Source of the DNA: Octopus vulgaris
Taxonomy: Eukaryota
Reading direction: 5' to 3'
Assembly (NCBI GenBank): GCA_951406725.2
Contig: OX597822.1
Location: forward strand, 91,884,001 to 91,948,000
Length of the DNA: 64,000 bases
Shown: piece after piece, positions 1-14,369 of the stretch
Layout: every line of letters begins with the position of its first letter
How positions within the stretch are numbered: position 1 is the stretch's first letter
Made by a program: the position numbers and the translations under genes
The notes under the pieces: model-generated
Seen by the model: the letters and a program-made list of their open reading frames with translations, nothing else
Told to the model about the DNA's origin: nothing
Databases searched by the model: none

Positions 1-680
1 GGGGCTGAAAACCAATCCTTGGTGAGCTCCTACCTGCACACTAAGTTCGTTGCTATACTCACTGCTGATCTTCATCTTAATGACATCATCCCTGAACATG
101 GCTTGGACAACTCTCACCAGCTTGCTTATCCATTAACCAACAGATGATGGAGTGAGGGACCCTGTCAAAGGCTTTCTACATATTGACAAATGTCAAGTAA
201 AGTGGTTAAGTTTTGTCTTACTAGGAAGAAAGCATCAGTAGTGCTTCCACCTGGCACAAAATGAAGCTGCATGACATTTAAATTAACTCTCTTCCTTAAT
301 TAGTCGAACTATGATCCTTTCTGTAATTTTCATGACCTGGTCCAGAAATTTGATACTTCTCTAATTATTTCTATCTAAAGCATCTTCTTTACTTTTGTGG
401 CGGTTGAAAATAATGTTGCTACACCAGTTGTTGGGTATAACAACCTGATTAACTACATGGATTACTAAGTCATTCATCACTCCACCACATATTTTAAGCA
501 TGTCAGCAATAAGTCCTGATGATCTAGGAGCTTTCCTTGTCTTTCTTCATTGCTTTATCTATCATGCTGCTGTCAACTCAGACAGCTGAGCCACATTAGG
601 AACACTCTCCCTCTTCTATGCATTCTCCACATTTAGCAGCCTTTCATAGTGGCATTTCCATGCCTCTTTCTTTGCAAGTT
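1..680 (-). mobile_element. Degraded RTE-clade LINE reverse-transcriptase fragment
   Basis: Minus strand near 160-210 reads approx. 'LTFVN..KAFDRVP' (RT FVDLEKAFDRV motif), with other RT remnants; many stops and frameshifts. Confidence 0.6.
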
Positions 681-746
681 ATTTCTAACAGGGTGTTTTT
701 TTTTTTTTTGCTTTCTGTCCAGACCTCTATCCTAAACTTGACTCAC

Positions 747-748
<2 letters not shown>

Positions 749-781
<33 letters not shown>
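749..781. repeat. (GA)n microsatellite
   Basis: Direct read. Confidence 0.95.
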
Positions 782-783
<2 letters not shown>

Positions 784-1439
784 AAGCAGATAATTGAAAC
801 ATGTGATGATTTCCATAGTAAATATCCTCCTTGAATCTTTATCCTCTGTAATTATCAGAATGATTTCCATAATATCAAATTTTCCTAACCCTCCCACATC
901 CTTCACACGACTAAAATCTTCAGATATATAGACAGGTAGCAGGACAGGAAAATGAAAAGACAGAAGAAGAGGAGAAAGAAACAGTGTGTGTGTGTGTATG
1001 AGTGTGCATGAGAGAAAGAGAGAAAATCAGATAGATAGATAGAGGAATGGAGTAAAGATAGAAGAAAGAGAAATTTATAAAGAGAAAGGAAGATTCATTT
1101 CACTGTGTGTGTGATAGAGTGAAAGTAAAAAAAAAAGTAGAGGGTGTAAGAAAAAGAGGTTGAGAATGAGACAGAGAGAAAGCATGAGTGAAGGAGTGGG
1201 AGAGAGGGATGGAGAATCTATTGACAGTAGCTTGAAACTTCTTATCTCAGTTGATTATCAATCCCCACTCACACTCTACCTAGCTCCACTCAGCTAACAT
1301 TAAGTAAAGTAAGCCACCGCTCTTATTCCAGAAGTAACATAATTTATCTAACACTTATGGCAGATCACCTTACATATATAGGGTTACAAATAAGGTTATA
1401 GACTGATTTGACATCTGCACTGAATGGTTTTAGATGAAG

Positions 1440-1665
1440 CTACTGATGATGATGATTGTGGTGGTAGTGATGATGATGGTAATGATGAAGATGGCTGTAG
1501 TAGTGATGATGGTGAAAATGATAGCAATGGTAATGATTGTAGGGGTAAGATGGATGATAGTAATCTGGTAGTAATGAATATAATGCAAGTGATGGGAGTA
1601 GGGTATTCCTGAAAGTAATGTTAATATAAGTGGCAAAATATAGCTGTGATGCTGTTGATGATGAG
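1440..1665. repeat. Degenerate (GAT/GGT)n low-complexity tract
   Basis: Direct read; explains ORFs 1424-1612 and 1430-1636. Confidence 0.8.
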
Positions 1666-1805
1666 AATTATTTTAGCTTTGGCAAAAATAACATTATGTA
1701 ACTGAAAAAAAATTGTAAAGAATTTCTGTGCAAAACAGAGCAACTGTAAATAAAATTGATAAAATAAAAATAAGTAAATAAAGAATAATCAAGTCCAAGA
1801 CTTAC

Positions 1806-2269
1806 ATCATCACTGCTTTGGAATGAAGAATTTCCATTGAGAGAAAGTTTTCGTGAGTGACAGCATGCCACAGCAGCAATCTTAGCTGCTGGAGGAGACT
1901 TTACTTTTGCCTGACTTTTGTCTGTAGCAGGTAATCCTGAGTTGCCTGTTGATGAATCAGAGACAACAGATGTTGTAGTAGTACTGGTGGAAGTAAAGGA
2001 AGGTGAGGAGGAGGTAACGATGGTAGTAGAATTGGTAATGTCATTAGTAGTGGTAGCAACAGATAGTACACTACCACTACTATTATAACTATTAGTGTTG
2101 CTATCTAGAGGTAAGTTATTGCTACTGACAACACTGACTGTGGTAGAAGATGCAGAATTTATTGGTGTTGTAATAGTTGTTATTGCTGTTCTTGTAGGCT
2201 GATTTTCCAGTAAAGGTATCAACTCAGGTTGTAAAACTGTCTCTTCTCCTTCACTATCTGATGCTGACA
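1806..2269 (-). CDS. Internal coding exon of an unidentified host gene (Ser/Thr-rich, probably disordered: SASDSEGEETVLQPELIPLLENQ...KSPPAAKIAAVACCHSRKLSLNGNSSFQSSDD)
   Basis: Acceptor ttgttttgcAG (2271-2270); donor GTAAGT (1805-1800); 464 nt open, phase 1 in and phase 0 out; non-repeat sequence; the ORF loses protein-like character right after the donor. Confidence 0.75.
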
Positions 2270-4387
2270 CTGCAAAACAAAGTTATACATTGTATACAAA
2301 CAAATTTATGCAGGCACACACACACACACACACGCATGCATGCACACACACTTTCACACACAAGCATATGGGGAGTAGAGAAAGAAAACAAAGTATTTTT
2401 AGTAAATGAAGACGGAAGAAATAAACTCCTATCTTTAAAATTCAAAGAAAAACTACTTGAGCTTTTGGTTAGCAAATGCAACCTTCACTTCATAAATATA
2501 GTTTGAATGTTTTCAGTTGAACATGTATTCCTGCTTTTAAGCAAGACCCTATCTGGCTTACTGTATATTTATATCTTAATCTATATATTTTACTGCTAAT
2601 ACAATGTTCTCTGCTCCCTTATACAAGCAGACAGTTTAAATCCACTCCCTTGTTTAAATCTTTCATCATTAGACTAACACTGACTAGGAAATCTCCCGCT
2701 GTCTTGATTTTCTTTCCAAATACAAGCATTTTCAACTAAAACTCATTAGTAACAGCTCTAAACGTATCATGACTGTTTAATTTTAATGCAAAATAAAATA
2801 AGGTATATGCAGGTAGCTACAGAATAAATATATAAAATCAAATTATTCAAGACATTTAAATTTGGATGAAGTAGAGGTATAGCATGAGTTGAGATTGATA
2901 TAGACAGGTTTTGGATTTAGATATAGTTGACTTTGGTATTTACAAAGTGTTCTTAATTCCAACAATGAAATAGAAGTTGTATATATACAGTGAAAGAGAG
3001 ATGTGCTCCACAAAATACTCTCTTAAAGAGAATTCAAACTTTTAATCATGTAGATAGTTTAACATTAAAATAATCTAACCCCTGTGACAGATATTTATAC
3101 CACTGAATAAGAAATTGACTGATGAGGTGAGTTAATAAGAAAGTTTAATATAAAAATAAATTGTTTTGCTACCTAAATGAAGAAATTTTGGTAAAACATG
3201 TTTTCTGTGAGCTAAGCTCAATGTCTAATTTCTCCAGAGCCAATTTACAGCCAGTTACTTGTATTTGATATATTGACACCCCCCCCCCCCCCAGTGTTGA
3301 TCCCAGCAAAACTAACCTCAGAATAGTGAGATTGAAACTTAAGACAGCTAGGCCTCTACCACTATACTAGATAATGTCACATTAAGTAATCTACACCATA
3401 ATACTTTGAAAGGGGTTATATAATGCAAATATAAGATTTACTATTTTAATATTGGTTTCTTAATTTGACAAAACTTTAAATTTAAATAAATAACCAGAAA
3501 CAAGATTGTGTAGTATTCACACCAATCTCAAGTATTAGTAACACAACTGAAGCAAAATACCTTTGCTTAAATTACATCCATTCCAATATTATAACACTAA
3601 ATGATAGCAAGTACTAGTAAGCAAGAAGCAATAATAGTTGACTTCTCTTCAGTTGCTAATGTACTTAAGAAATGCAAGAACATCATGTCTCATTTTCTCA
3701 ATGTTAAGCTTTGTATCTGAATAAGAAACCATTACAACAGAACAGAAATTATAATAAAATGCAATGTAAAAAATTATTTCCTAATTATACATATAAATTT
3801 GAAGTATTCTTCCAAAGGTTACTGGAATCTGTTATATTACTTTTCTTTAGAGATATCCACCAGTAGCTAATTATTCTCATTAACCTCAGAAGAGTGTTTC
3901 AAGACTCTGCCTCATGGTACAAATTTTAGTTCAGAACTACAAGTCAATGAAAATCCGCAATTAAACTGCTCTTGTTGATAACAATAGTAAGCAGCATCTC
4001 CTCATGGTAATGATTTACAGCTAATTAAGTATGTTAGCCACATCTACAGCATGAGTTACAAGATTCAAGTTCTGACCCTAACATTTGGTCAATTTAACCA
4101 GATTCAAATTTGAATACCAAAACTAATTTTTGAAATCTGTTACTAGGAGACCATTTAATCATCACATGGCTACCCTGCTTAATACCAATCAGTTATGAAA
4201 TTGCTACAATCTGATTTTAACTATATAAGTTGAGACAAGTAGAGTTACAATGTTTGACTTGTCAAAGCAATTCATTGGTAGTTCTACAACTTGAACATGT
4301 GATTCAGAATATTTTAATAACTCAAAACTAAATTACAGCAGGAACTTACCTATTGTTATTCAAATGGAGATTCAGATTTATATCTAA

Positions 4388-5078
4388 CTAGCAGTAATAC
4401 CCATCGTTCATCAGATAATTACTTTTACTCTTTCTCAGGAGTCACATTCAAAGTATTGTTATATATATAATAAATTTCTCAATGGGGATTTCAGGGGAGA
4501 GTTTCAGGGAGTCGCTGGCGATGTATCGTGATGATCAAAACTCCGGCCTGCTAAAATTTGGTTAAAGTGATTCAAACTGCAGACTCAATGCAAAATGGTC
4601 ACATTTAATTCAAAGCATTAAAAATGTTATGAAAACAATTGGTATGTGTTCACAAAGTCCAAACGATTAATACGAAAAAACCCTCCAGGCTACATCCCGA
4701 AAATTCATTTCTTTGCCAAATTTCTACAATGTTTACAGCGATTCATTTTTGTATCTTGATTTTTTATTTTTCATGCAATTTACGCATGCTTGCACGCGTG
4801 GTGAACACAGTTCACATCAAACAGCTGACTGCGTGAAGTTCACTATTCAATGCATGGGATAAGGCCTGAACAAACACATTATCGATTTTTGCATTTGCGA
4901 GATGAATTTCGGAACAGAAATACCGCAGTTCAATTTTCATTCGCCTAAACTTTAAGTGACCCATTTTGGTGGTACTACGATTTGTTAGCTAGGAGGAGAT
5001 GCGCAGGGAAGTTAAACACACAGACACACACACAGATACACACACAGACACACAAGTTGAGTTTTATATATATATAGA
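4388..5078 (-). mobile_element. Non-autonomous Helitron, decayed
   Basis: Minus strand begins A|TCTATATATATATAAAA followed by (GT/CTGT)n and ends TACTGCTAG|T after a decayed subterminal hairpin; ends resemble 11737-12535. Confidence 0.65.
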
Positions 5079-5817
5079 TATTCTTCACTCCAAACTTTAG
5101 TATAAAACAGCATTTCCCTCCATGCCAACATAAAATATACTGTTCTGTAGCATAGTTTCCTCCATTTACTACTTCATTAATCATTTTGGTTAACCTAAAT
5201 TTTGAAGAGGTTTATGGGACTAGTTGGTCTTTACAATATCATTGGAGTAAAAAATTCCTTTCTAACTGGAAAAAAAACCCCTACAAGCAGTCACATAAGA
5301 GAAATACTGATAAAAAGTTTGAAATGATTTTCTTGTACATTCACTAATTTTAAAGCTTATGTCAAAAGCTTAAATAGAATCTTACAACATACAAATAATA
5401 TATATTAGAGAAAGCTTTAGTAATGATAAAGATAAACTGTTAGAAGAAATGGTAGATATCTGCACTGGACATTGAAAAAGAAAGTTGTAATATGTAAGTA
5501 TGAATGAATTGGGACAATATTTGTCTCTAACATATTTGAATTGTCAATCAAATTCACTGAATTAAAAAAATAAGTTAAAGTACTCGGGATGATCTTTATA
5601 CCAGTTCAAACAACTGAACAAAACTGATATTGTTAGAAAAAGGTTAAATATTTGGAATAGTGTATTGTTCTGGTTCGAAGACAAATTACTTGAAAAACTA
5701 ATGCTAGGAATTGTGAATTAGTGAGGCCCAAACGAAATATTCATAAAAATATGTGTGTGCATGTATGTATGTAATTACATACAGGGACAAAATGTATTTC
5801 TATCCTGCTGCACACAT

Positions 5818-5855
<38 letters not shown>

Positions 5856-5955
5856 ACACACACACACATACACACACACATGCACACACACATGTGCACA
5901 AGTATGTGGATGGGTATGAGTGTGTCTGAGTGTGTAAACATATATTGGAATAAAC

Positions 5956-6173
5956 GGCGTCGAGCTGGCAGAAACATTAGCCTGCAGGGCGAAGTGTGTA
6001 GCGGTATTTCGTCTGTCTTTATGTTCCGAGTTCAAATTCCACTGAAGTCGACTTTACCTTTCATCCTTTTGCGGTCGATTAATTATATACCAGTTGCGTA
6101 CTGAGGTCGATCTAATCAACTGCCCCCATCCCCCAAAATTTCAGGCCTTGTGCCTAGAGTAGAAAAGATTATT
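5956..6173 (+). mobile_element. tRNA-derived SINE family A (Deu/Nin-like core)
   Basis: Head GGCGxCGAGCTGGCAGAA, B box GTTCAAATTCC, core GTCGACTTTGCCTTTCATCCTTTCGGGGTCGAT; more than 10 copies in window. Confidence 0.85.
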
Positions 6174-6179
6174 CTTTAA

Positions 6180-6410
6180 GGCGGCAAGCTGGCAGAAACA
6201 CTAGCACGCTGGGCGAAATGCTTAGTGGTATTTCGTCTGCCATTACATTCTGAGATCAAATTCCGCTGAGGTCGACTTTGCCTTTCATCCTTTCAGGGCC
6301 GATAAATTAAGTACCAGTTAAGCACTGGAGTCGATGTAATCAACTTAATCCGTTTGTCTGTCCTTGTTTGTCCCCTCTATGTTTAGCCCCTTGTGGGTAG
6401 TAAAGAAATA
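6180..6410 (+). mobile_element. SINE family A, tandem to previous copy, alternative 3' tail
   Basis: Same head and core; tail ...CCCCTTGTGGGTAGTAAAGAAATA. Confidence 0.85.
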
Positions 6411-6496
6411 TATATTTGAATAAATATAAATATACCTGACAGAATGTTACCAACGGTTTTGTACCAACTATTGCAGTTGATTTGAATAGATATAAC

Positions 6497-7180
6497 TTTA
6501 CTCGTTTCAGTCATTGGACTGTGGCCATGCTGGAGCAGTGTCTTGATGGGTTTAGTTGAACAAATCAATTCAGGTACTATTTTTATTTTTAATCTTAGTA
6601 CTTATTCTGTTGCTGAACCAGTAAATCATAGAGACATAAACGAATCAACACTGGTTATCAAGCAGTGGCAGGTGACAAACACAAAGGTATACGTGCATGC
6701 ACGCACGCACACACATATGAACACACACTAACACATACACATATACACAGACAACACATACACATATACACAGACAGACAGACATGCACACACACACAGC
6801 TTTTCTATCCACCTTGTGTGCACTTGCCTTCTGCCCATTCACTGTAAAACAGTCTTTTGAGGAGTTGCATGTCAGGCATTCAAACAAGGTGGCCTGCCCA
6901 TCTGACTTGCTATCTCCTCAGCAGAGTGTAAATGCTTGGCAAATCAGCTCAAGAGAGGACCTCCATGTCTGGGACCTTGTCTTGCCAGGTTTCTCAGGCA
7001 ATTTACATATACATACAAAATGTGTTCGTTTCAGTTTCCATATAGCAAATCCACTCACAAGGCTTTAGTTGACCTGGTGCTATAGTAGAAGACACTTGTC
7101 CATGATTCCATGCAGTGGGACTAAACCCAAGATTGCATAGTTGAAAAGCAAGTTTCTTAACCAAAGAGCCACACCGACAC
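6497..7180 (-). mobile_element. SINE family B, decayed and interrupted
   Basis: Tail at 6497-6720 and head at ~7010-7180 match 42392-42801. Confidence 0.7.
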
Positions 7181-7329
7181 CTTTAACAGCCATGTCTGCA
7201 ACTATAGATTTATGTATACACACACACAAACACACACATACCTGTGTGTGCACATTTGTGTGTATGCATATTCACTTCTGTTCTTATTTATTTGAATTCT
7301 TCTACTTAGGAAGGAGCTGGTTTCTAACA

Positions 7330-8003
7330 AAGATATGAAGCTCCATTGTTGGAATGTAGACAACAAAAATAAAGTCACATTTTAAACTTGCATATTTCTA
7401 CTGTTCCACTTACAGATTGCATTTGTAATGTGCAGGTTATTTGGTTGATTTTTTTTTCTGAAAACCCTAGCTTTGCAAAACCAAGAGCACCAATTATTAT
7501 TGATATAAATATGAATTTATAATCTGGGTATAGAAGCTGGAAGTTTCAGAGAAGTTTCCCATAGTTATCCTCTTTCCTTTTTATTTTCAAAGAGATATTC
7601 ATACCAAGAAGACAGCTAACCTCTATGATCGTACATACTTTTTCTTGTCTGTCCCAAACAACAATATCCAATTAGGTTGCCAGATATTTTGATGGGAATA
7701 TTCCACCAGAATTACTGGTGTTGATATTTGTGTATGTATTTAATAACAGTACGATTTTCTATTTTTATTCTAGAACATATTTTTTTTCCGAAGAGTATTG
7801 TATATTGTGTTTGCAACAACATCATGACTGGTAGGGAGGTAGTACCTTGATGACACTTTTGGGCAGCTGTGAAAAAACACATGTGTAATGCCTTCCATGG
7901 AAGAATATAATTCACATTTTTGGTTGTATCTTGGAGATCCAAGGACTTCACAGTCTCTTTTGTTAATTAGGTATTTTGTAGAAATCCTGTCTTGGGACTG
8001 CAT
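7330..8003 (-). mobile_element. R4/Dong-clade LINE, C-terminal restriction-like endonuclease fragment
   Basis: QSQDRISTKY...HVFFHSCPKVSSRYYLPTSHDVVA; YWWNIPI; IVVWDRQEKVCTIIEVSC; IIIGALG. Confidence 0.7.
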
Positions 8004-8031
8004 GTGTGTGTGTGTGTGTGTGTGTGCGTGC

Positions 8032-8062
<31 letters not shown>

Positions 8063-9027
8063 TATGTGTAGGTTAAGAAGCTCACTTGGCAACCACCATG
8101 TGGGAACTTGGGCAAGTATCTTCTATTATAGATCTAGACCAACCAATACCTTGTGAATGAATTTGGTAGATAGGAACTGTGTGAGAAGCCCATCATTTTT
8201 ATATCATCAGTATCACCATCATCATTATCATCATTTAACATCCACTTTCCAAGTTGGCATGGGTTTAGCTCCAATATCATCTTTGGCTTGGTTTTTATGG
8301 CTGGATACCCTTCCTAATGCCAACCATTTCACAGAGTGTACTGAGTGCACTTTTTGTACAATCAACACTAGTGAGGTACCTTGCAAGAAAGAAAAGAACA
8401 GGGACAGAAGAAAGGGAAAAGCTCCCTTACTAAAGGAAAGTATTTGGGAGGTGAACGTAAGTGGTTTTATACCAGGTATCGAAAGGGTAGAATACGGTTG
8501 AGAGAGACAAGGAAATAAATGGCTGAAGGAGACAAAAGAAAAATAGTGATGTGTTGCTAGAGCAAGCTCTCAAAGAACAAGAAGAGAGGACATCGACAGT
8601 GAGTCAGGAGAAAAGATGAGAGAGTAGATGCTTTCAAAAGAGTGTGAGAAGGTAAGTAAACAAGTCGTGGTTAATGTAGTGAATGATAAATAAGTGTGGA
8701 TGTATGTAGAGGGATAAGGTGGAAGATATAGGGATACATAAGAGACTATAGTAGATGGGTTATGATAGTAGGACACTGAGAATGATAGTAGATAAGAGAC
8801 GTGTTTAGAATGGAGTATAGAAGAGGGGAGAAAAAGTGGTGGTCAAACAGAAAGATGACTGGTAGAAAAAGTGTGGTCAAACAATGAGGAATGGAAGTCT
8901 GCTTGCGAAGACCTGTTGAGGCAAATGAAATCAAAATCAAATTCGATGACTGGCATCCGTGCTAGCGGGGTGCAAAGAGCACCATATGAGTGTATATATA
9001 TGTATATATACACACATATATGTATGT

Positions 9028-10090
9028 CATCATCATCATCATCATCGTTTAACGCCCACTTTCCATGCTAGCATGGGTTGGACGATTTGACTGAGGACTG
9101 GCAAACCAGATGGCTGCACCAGGCTCCAATCTGATCTGGCAGAGTTTCTACAACTGGATGCCCTTCCTAACACCAACCACTTTGAGAGTGGTGCTTTTAC
9201 ATGCCACTAGCACAAGGGCCAGTCAGGCGATACTGCCAACGGCCACACTCAAATGGTGTTTTTTATGTGCCACCTGCACAGGAGCCAGTCCAGCGGTGCT
9301 ATCAACAATCTCGGCTGAATGCTTTTTCATGTGCCACTGGCACAAGTGCCAGTAAGGTGACGCTGGTACGATCACGCTTGAATGGTGCTCTTAGCGCTCC
9401 ACTAACACGGATGCCAGTCATCGAATTTGATTTTGATTTTACTTGCCTCAACAGGTCTTCGCAAGCAGAGTTTAGTGTCCAATGAAGGAAAGGCACACAG
9501 AAGTGGGCTGATTACCCCACTGCCATAGGCCACGAGGTTATGGTCTCACTTGGTTTGCCGGGTCTTCTCAAGCACAGCATAATTCCAAAGGTCTTGGACA
9601 CTAGCCATTGCCTCAGTGAGGCCTAATGTTCTAAGGTCGTGCTTCACCACTTCATCCCAGGTTTTCTTGGGTCTACCTCTTCCACAGGATCCCTCAACCA
9701 CTAGGGTGTGGCACTTTTTCACACAGCTATCCTCAACCATTCTCGCCACATGACCATACTAGCGCAGTCATCTCTCTTGCACACCACATCTGATGCTTCT
9801 TAGGTCCAACTTTTCTCTCAAGGTACTTACACTCTGTCAAGTATGCATACTGACATTACACATCCATTAGAGCATACTGGCTTCATTCCTTGTGAGCTTA
9901 CGCATGTCCTCAGCAGTCACAGCCCATGTTTCACTGCCATGTAGCACGGCTGTTCATACACAAGCGTTATACAGTCTACCTTTTACTCTGAGTGGGAGGC
10001 TCTTTGTCACCAACAGAGGTAGGAGCTCTCTTAACTTTGCCCAGGCTATTTTTATTCTAGCAGCTACACTTTCAGCGCACCCTCCCTCGC
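9028..10090 (-). mobile_element. RTE-clade LINE 3' fragment (ORF C-terminus, 3'UTR, (GAT)n tail)
   Basis: [36 protein letters not shown]; tail reads CATCATCATCGTTTAACG on the plus strand. Confidence 0.85.
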
Positions 10091-10433
10091 TAGTTTTTCT
10101 CCCTGGAATGTGGCGGAAGTTGTTCTCTGCACATTTTCAGTGTTTATTGCTCCTGAGCATCTGCCAAATACAAAAACTATCTTCCTAGTTAGCCTTCCTT
10201 TGATATTGCTGCACCTCTTATGTGTCCATAGTTATCTTAAGGCAACAAAGAAGATGAAACTATTGAAACTATATTTACATGTTGACATGGTAATGAAATA
10301 GACAGAATAATGGAAAGAACTAATAAGGGGTTCATGATCTGCGCAGAAATAGAAAAGTAGATGAACAAGGTTGAAAAGATGAAAAGACAAAACTTCTTAT
10401 CTGAGCATCTTTTGGGATTCGTATTCGAGGTAT

Positions 10434-10464
<31 letters not shown>

Positions 10465-10470
<6 letters not shown>

Positions 10471-11170
10471 CATCATCATCGTTTAACGTCCGCTTTCCAT
10501 GCTAGCATGGGTTGGACGGTTTAACTGGGGTCTGGGAAGCATGAAGGCTGTACCAGGCCAGTCAGATCTGTTTCTCCGTGAGTGTGGTGGGTGCTTTTTA
10601 TGTGCCACTGACACAGGTACCAGACGAGGCTGGCGAACAGCCACGCTCGGATGGTGTTTTTTACGTGCCACCGGCACGGAGGCCAGGCAGGGCTGGCACG
10701 GCCACGATCGGATGGTGTTTGTTACGTGCCACCAGCACGGAGGCCAGTCGATGCGGTGCTGGCTACGGCCATGTTCGGATGGTTCTCTTATGTGCCATCG
10801 GCACTGGTACCACAAACTACAAATTCCATTGATGTGGATCAATTTCGATTTGATTTGATTCTTCAATTTTGATTTTCACTTGCCTCAACAGGTCTTCACA
10901 AGTAGAGTTATGTGTCCCAAGAAGGAAGGTATGCACAGGTGGACTGACTACGTCCCAGGTAGGGGCCACAGGTTATGGCCTCACTTGTCCTGCCGGGTCT
11001 TCTCACGCACAGCATACTTCCAAAGGTCTCGGTCTCTGGTCATTTTCTTGGTGAGACCTAAAGAGCGAAGGTCGTGTTTCACCACCTCATCCCAGGTTTT
11101 CCTGGGTCTACCTCTTCCACAGGTTCCCTCAACTGCTAGGGTGTGGCACTTTTTCACACAACTATCTTTC
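10465..11170 (-). mobile_element. RTE-clade LINE 3' fragment
   Basis: [27 protein letters not shown]; (GAT)n tail. Confidence 0.85.
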
Positions 11171-11177
11171 ACACAAC

Positions 11178-11248
11178 TATATATATACATATATATATAT
11201 ATACATATATACATACACACATATATACATACACACACACACACATAT

Positions 11249-11327
<79 letters not shown>

Positions 11328-11395
11328 AACATATATATATATAAACTTATATATATATAAATATATACATATATACACACACATATATATCATAT
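11178..11395. repeat. Compound (TA)n/(CA)n microsatellite
   Basis: Direct read. Confidence 0.95.
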
Positions 11396-11736
11396 CTATA
11401 AAAAGGAGGATGTGTGTGCGTGAGTGTGTGTAGTGATTGTAATTTATGCACGTCCACAAATTAGCAGGCATGTCGCTCCAATTTTAGGAGAACATTTGTC
11501 AACATCCTATCTGAGTTTTGTCAACTTATTCCCCCCACCCCTCGAGGCACCCGTGGATAGCGTAAATATCTATTTTCAGACATAGCTTTTCCCCACAAAA
11601 AATATCGGCCATTACTTTTTGACAGCATCTAACAAAAAAAAATAAGATAAAGAAAAGTGGAAGAAGAGGGCAGAGAGTTTCACGGGAAAGACAAAGTGAG
11701 AGAGGGAGAGAGAGAGAGAGTAAGTGATGACGTTCA

Positions 11737-12535
11737 TCTTCTCTCTATATAAACGGCAGTTTGTCTGTTTGTGTGTCTGTCAGGTTGTACCCTCACTCTG
11801 ACCACGGCTTTCAACCAATTCTGATGAAACTTGACACACACATAGCCCAATGTCATAATTCAAAACTAACGCAGCAAAAATTTTGAAAAGTTTCCCCAGT
11901 TCTGAAAAAAATCGATAAATTCGACATGGGGTCGAAAATCTAAGCTTTTTATATGCAACACATTTTCTGTTGTAGTTTTCGCAACTTGCAATCGATTTTC
12001 ACCAAACTCATGGTGAAGCTTAATGTTACCCTAAGAAACTTTATTCTGATGTTAGTTTTCCATGCAATACCTTACCATCAGAAAAAATCGATAAAATCAT
12101 GCCATTTTGGGAAATCGCGTTCAAATTCAAGATGACATATTTTCGACAACATCTTTCACAAATTGGCAGGAATTTTTTTTTTTTAATTCACAGTGAGCAT
12201 CATGTCTGCTCCAAGGAGCTATATGGCCCTTTTTATTCCAATAGGATACTTTATTACTGGAAAAAATCGGTTAATTAAATCATATGTGACACACATAGCA
12301 AACCGATTTGTGTATTAAACACAAACGACAGACTGTCTAGGGGACGCAACTCGACCTTTTTATCGCCCAAAGGGACAGCTAGGAACATCGTATACACAGA
12401 AGTATTGGAGTGAAGAGAAGACATTGCAACCTACACATGCGCCTTCGTTCCTTAGAGGGAAAGGACTAAATTAGGATTAGTCGTTGCCTACAAGAGGTTC
12501 TTACATACCCGGGCAACGCCGGGCTATGCTGCTAG
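11737..12535 (+). mobile_element. Non-autonomous Helitron with intact termini
   Basis: A|TC 5' end; subterminal hairpin CCCGGGCAACGCCGGG (12508-12523); 3' CTAG|T; no TSD. Confidence 0.85.
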
Positions 12536-12682
12536 TAAAAAATAAAATGCAAAATGTTTTGTTTTTTGTTTTTGAAAGGCACACTATATTTTATAACCAT
12601 AGTATATATACTTTCTCACACAACAATTAAAATATATTTATTTTAAATCATTTATTTATTTTAAATCGTTCATCTTTCTCCC

Positions 12683-12733
<51 letters not shown>

Positions 12734-13209
12734 TTACTTCGGGTGCGAAAGAGTTTTGTTTTTATTTTAAGCCGAGTAAAAAAAGGGTTTTGTTGACAAT
12801 CCATTTATTTAACAACAAAGAAACAAAGAGGTGAGTAACAATTTGTCAGTGAATTACACAATATAAATGGGTACAATTTGCGAGGCTTCCACCACACCCA
12901 GCACCGTTTTACGGACCACAAAAAAAGGGTTTTGAGGTCAGAGTAGTTGATTCCACGCCAAAAGAAAACGATTTTTTTTAGTGAAAATCGTGCGAGTGTT
13001 AATCTACAAATTTAACAACATTTTTTCCATTCATTTCTGTTTATGAACATGTATGCGTGCACAAAACATGCAATAGGTGTACGTTCGTACGTGTGTGTAT
13101 GTGTGTTCGTGTCTGTGGCCCATATTAATTTATATTATATTATATATATAAATGTGACCGCGTGTGTACAGTTGGCGATTTTTTTTTCCTCTGTCTTTCC
13201 TTCTCCTAT

Positions 13210-13244
13210 GTTTCCGACGAAGAGCTCCGCTCGAAACATTAAAC
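13210..13244 (+). ncRNA. Minimal type I hammerhead-like motif (U4C variant) in a Penelope-like tail
   Basis: GTTT-CCGACGA-A-GAGC(TCC)GCTC-GAAA-CA-TT-AAAC. Confidence 0.55.
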
Positions 13245-13324
13245 CCTCCTTCTTTCCTGAGCGTCCAATAATACGTCCTCGCGTTGTTGTGTTTTTTTTG
13301 TGCTTTTTTGTTTGGATTAACTTA

Positions 13325-13691
<367 letters not shown>

Positions 13692-14369
13692 ACTAATTTC
13701 AACGGATTTCGCCCACATTTGACGTCTCTATTACTTAGTTTGGTTTGAAATAAAGAACTTGATTAGCTTAATAATCGTAACTTAATCCCGGGCAAAATTT
13801 AAATAATGATTTCTCATTTAGGCACAAGGTCAACAAATTGTGGGGAGGGACAAATGGATTAAAGCATCCCAGTACATTGCTGGTGCTTTATTTTATCGAA
13901 CCTGTAGGGATGAAAGGTAAAGCTAACCTCAGCAGGATTGAACTCAGAACGTAATGGGCCATATAACTCTATGCTGCAAGGCACGTTGCCCGATGCTTAG
14001 TAGATACAAGGCCAGCAATTTAAAGGGAAGGGGAAAGTCGTTTAAACTGACTCCCGTTACTAGTACAACAAATTCTGCGGAATTCATTATTATTTTGACT
14101 AACACAAATTGTGATTCAGTATGACAAAAAAATAAAAAATAAAAAGCAGAAAGAAAAAAAAACAGATGTCAAGAAAGGAAAGAAAACCTGGAATGTTCTA
14201 TTTGTTTTCATAATGTATGGAAGAAATATATTTATTCACAGTATATGTAGCCAACGTTCATATGGGTGAGCCTTCAACATTTTAGGGCACTGATAATCTT
14301 CAACCCTAAGAAGATCAATCATTTCGAGACACAACACACCTTCAGGACACAGAAAACAAGGAAATTGCT

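Noticed and set aside
1668-1805. C-terminal 45 aa of the 200-aa ORF
   Set aside because: Lies beyond the GTAAGT donor; read-through into T-rich intron
4340-4420. Strong minus-strand donor AG|GTAAGT near 4349 as an upstream exon
   Set aside because: The phase-1 frame has a stop, the acceptor is weak, and upstream sequence is the Helitron 3' end
9190-9420. Spaced repeats (TTTTxTGTGCCAC) resembling a CRISPR array
   Set aside because: Degenerate internal repeats of the RTE 3'UTR, present in every copy; eukaryotic context and no cas genes
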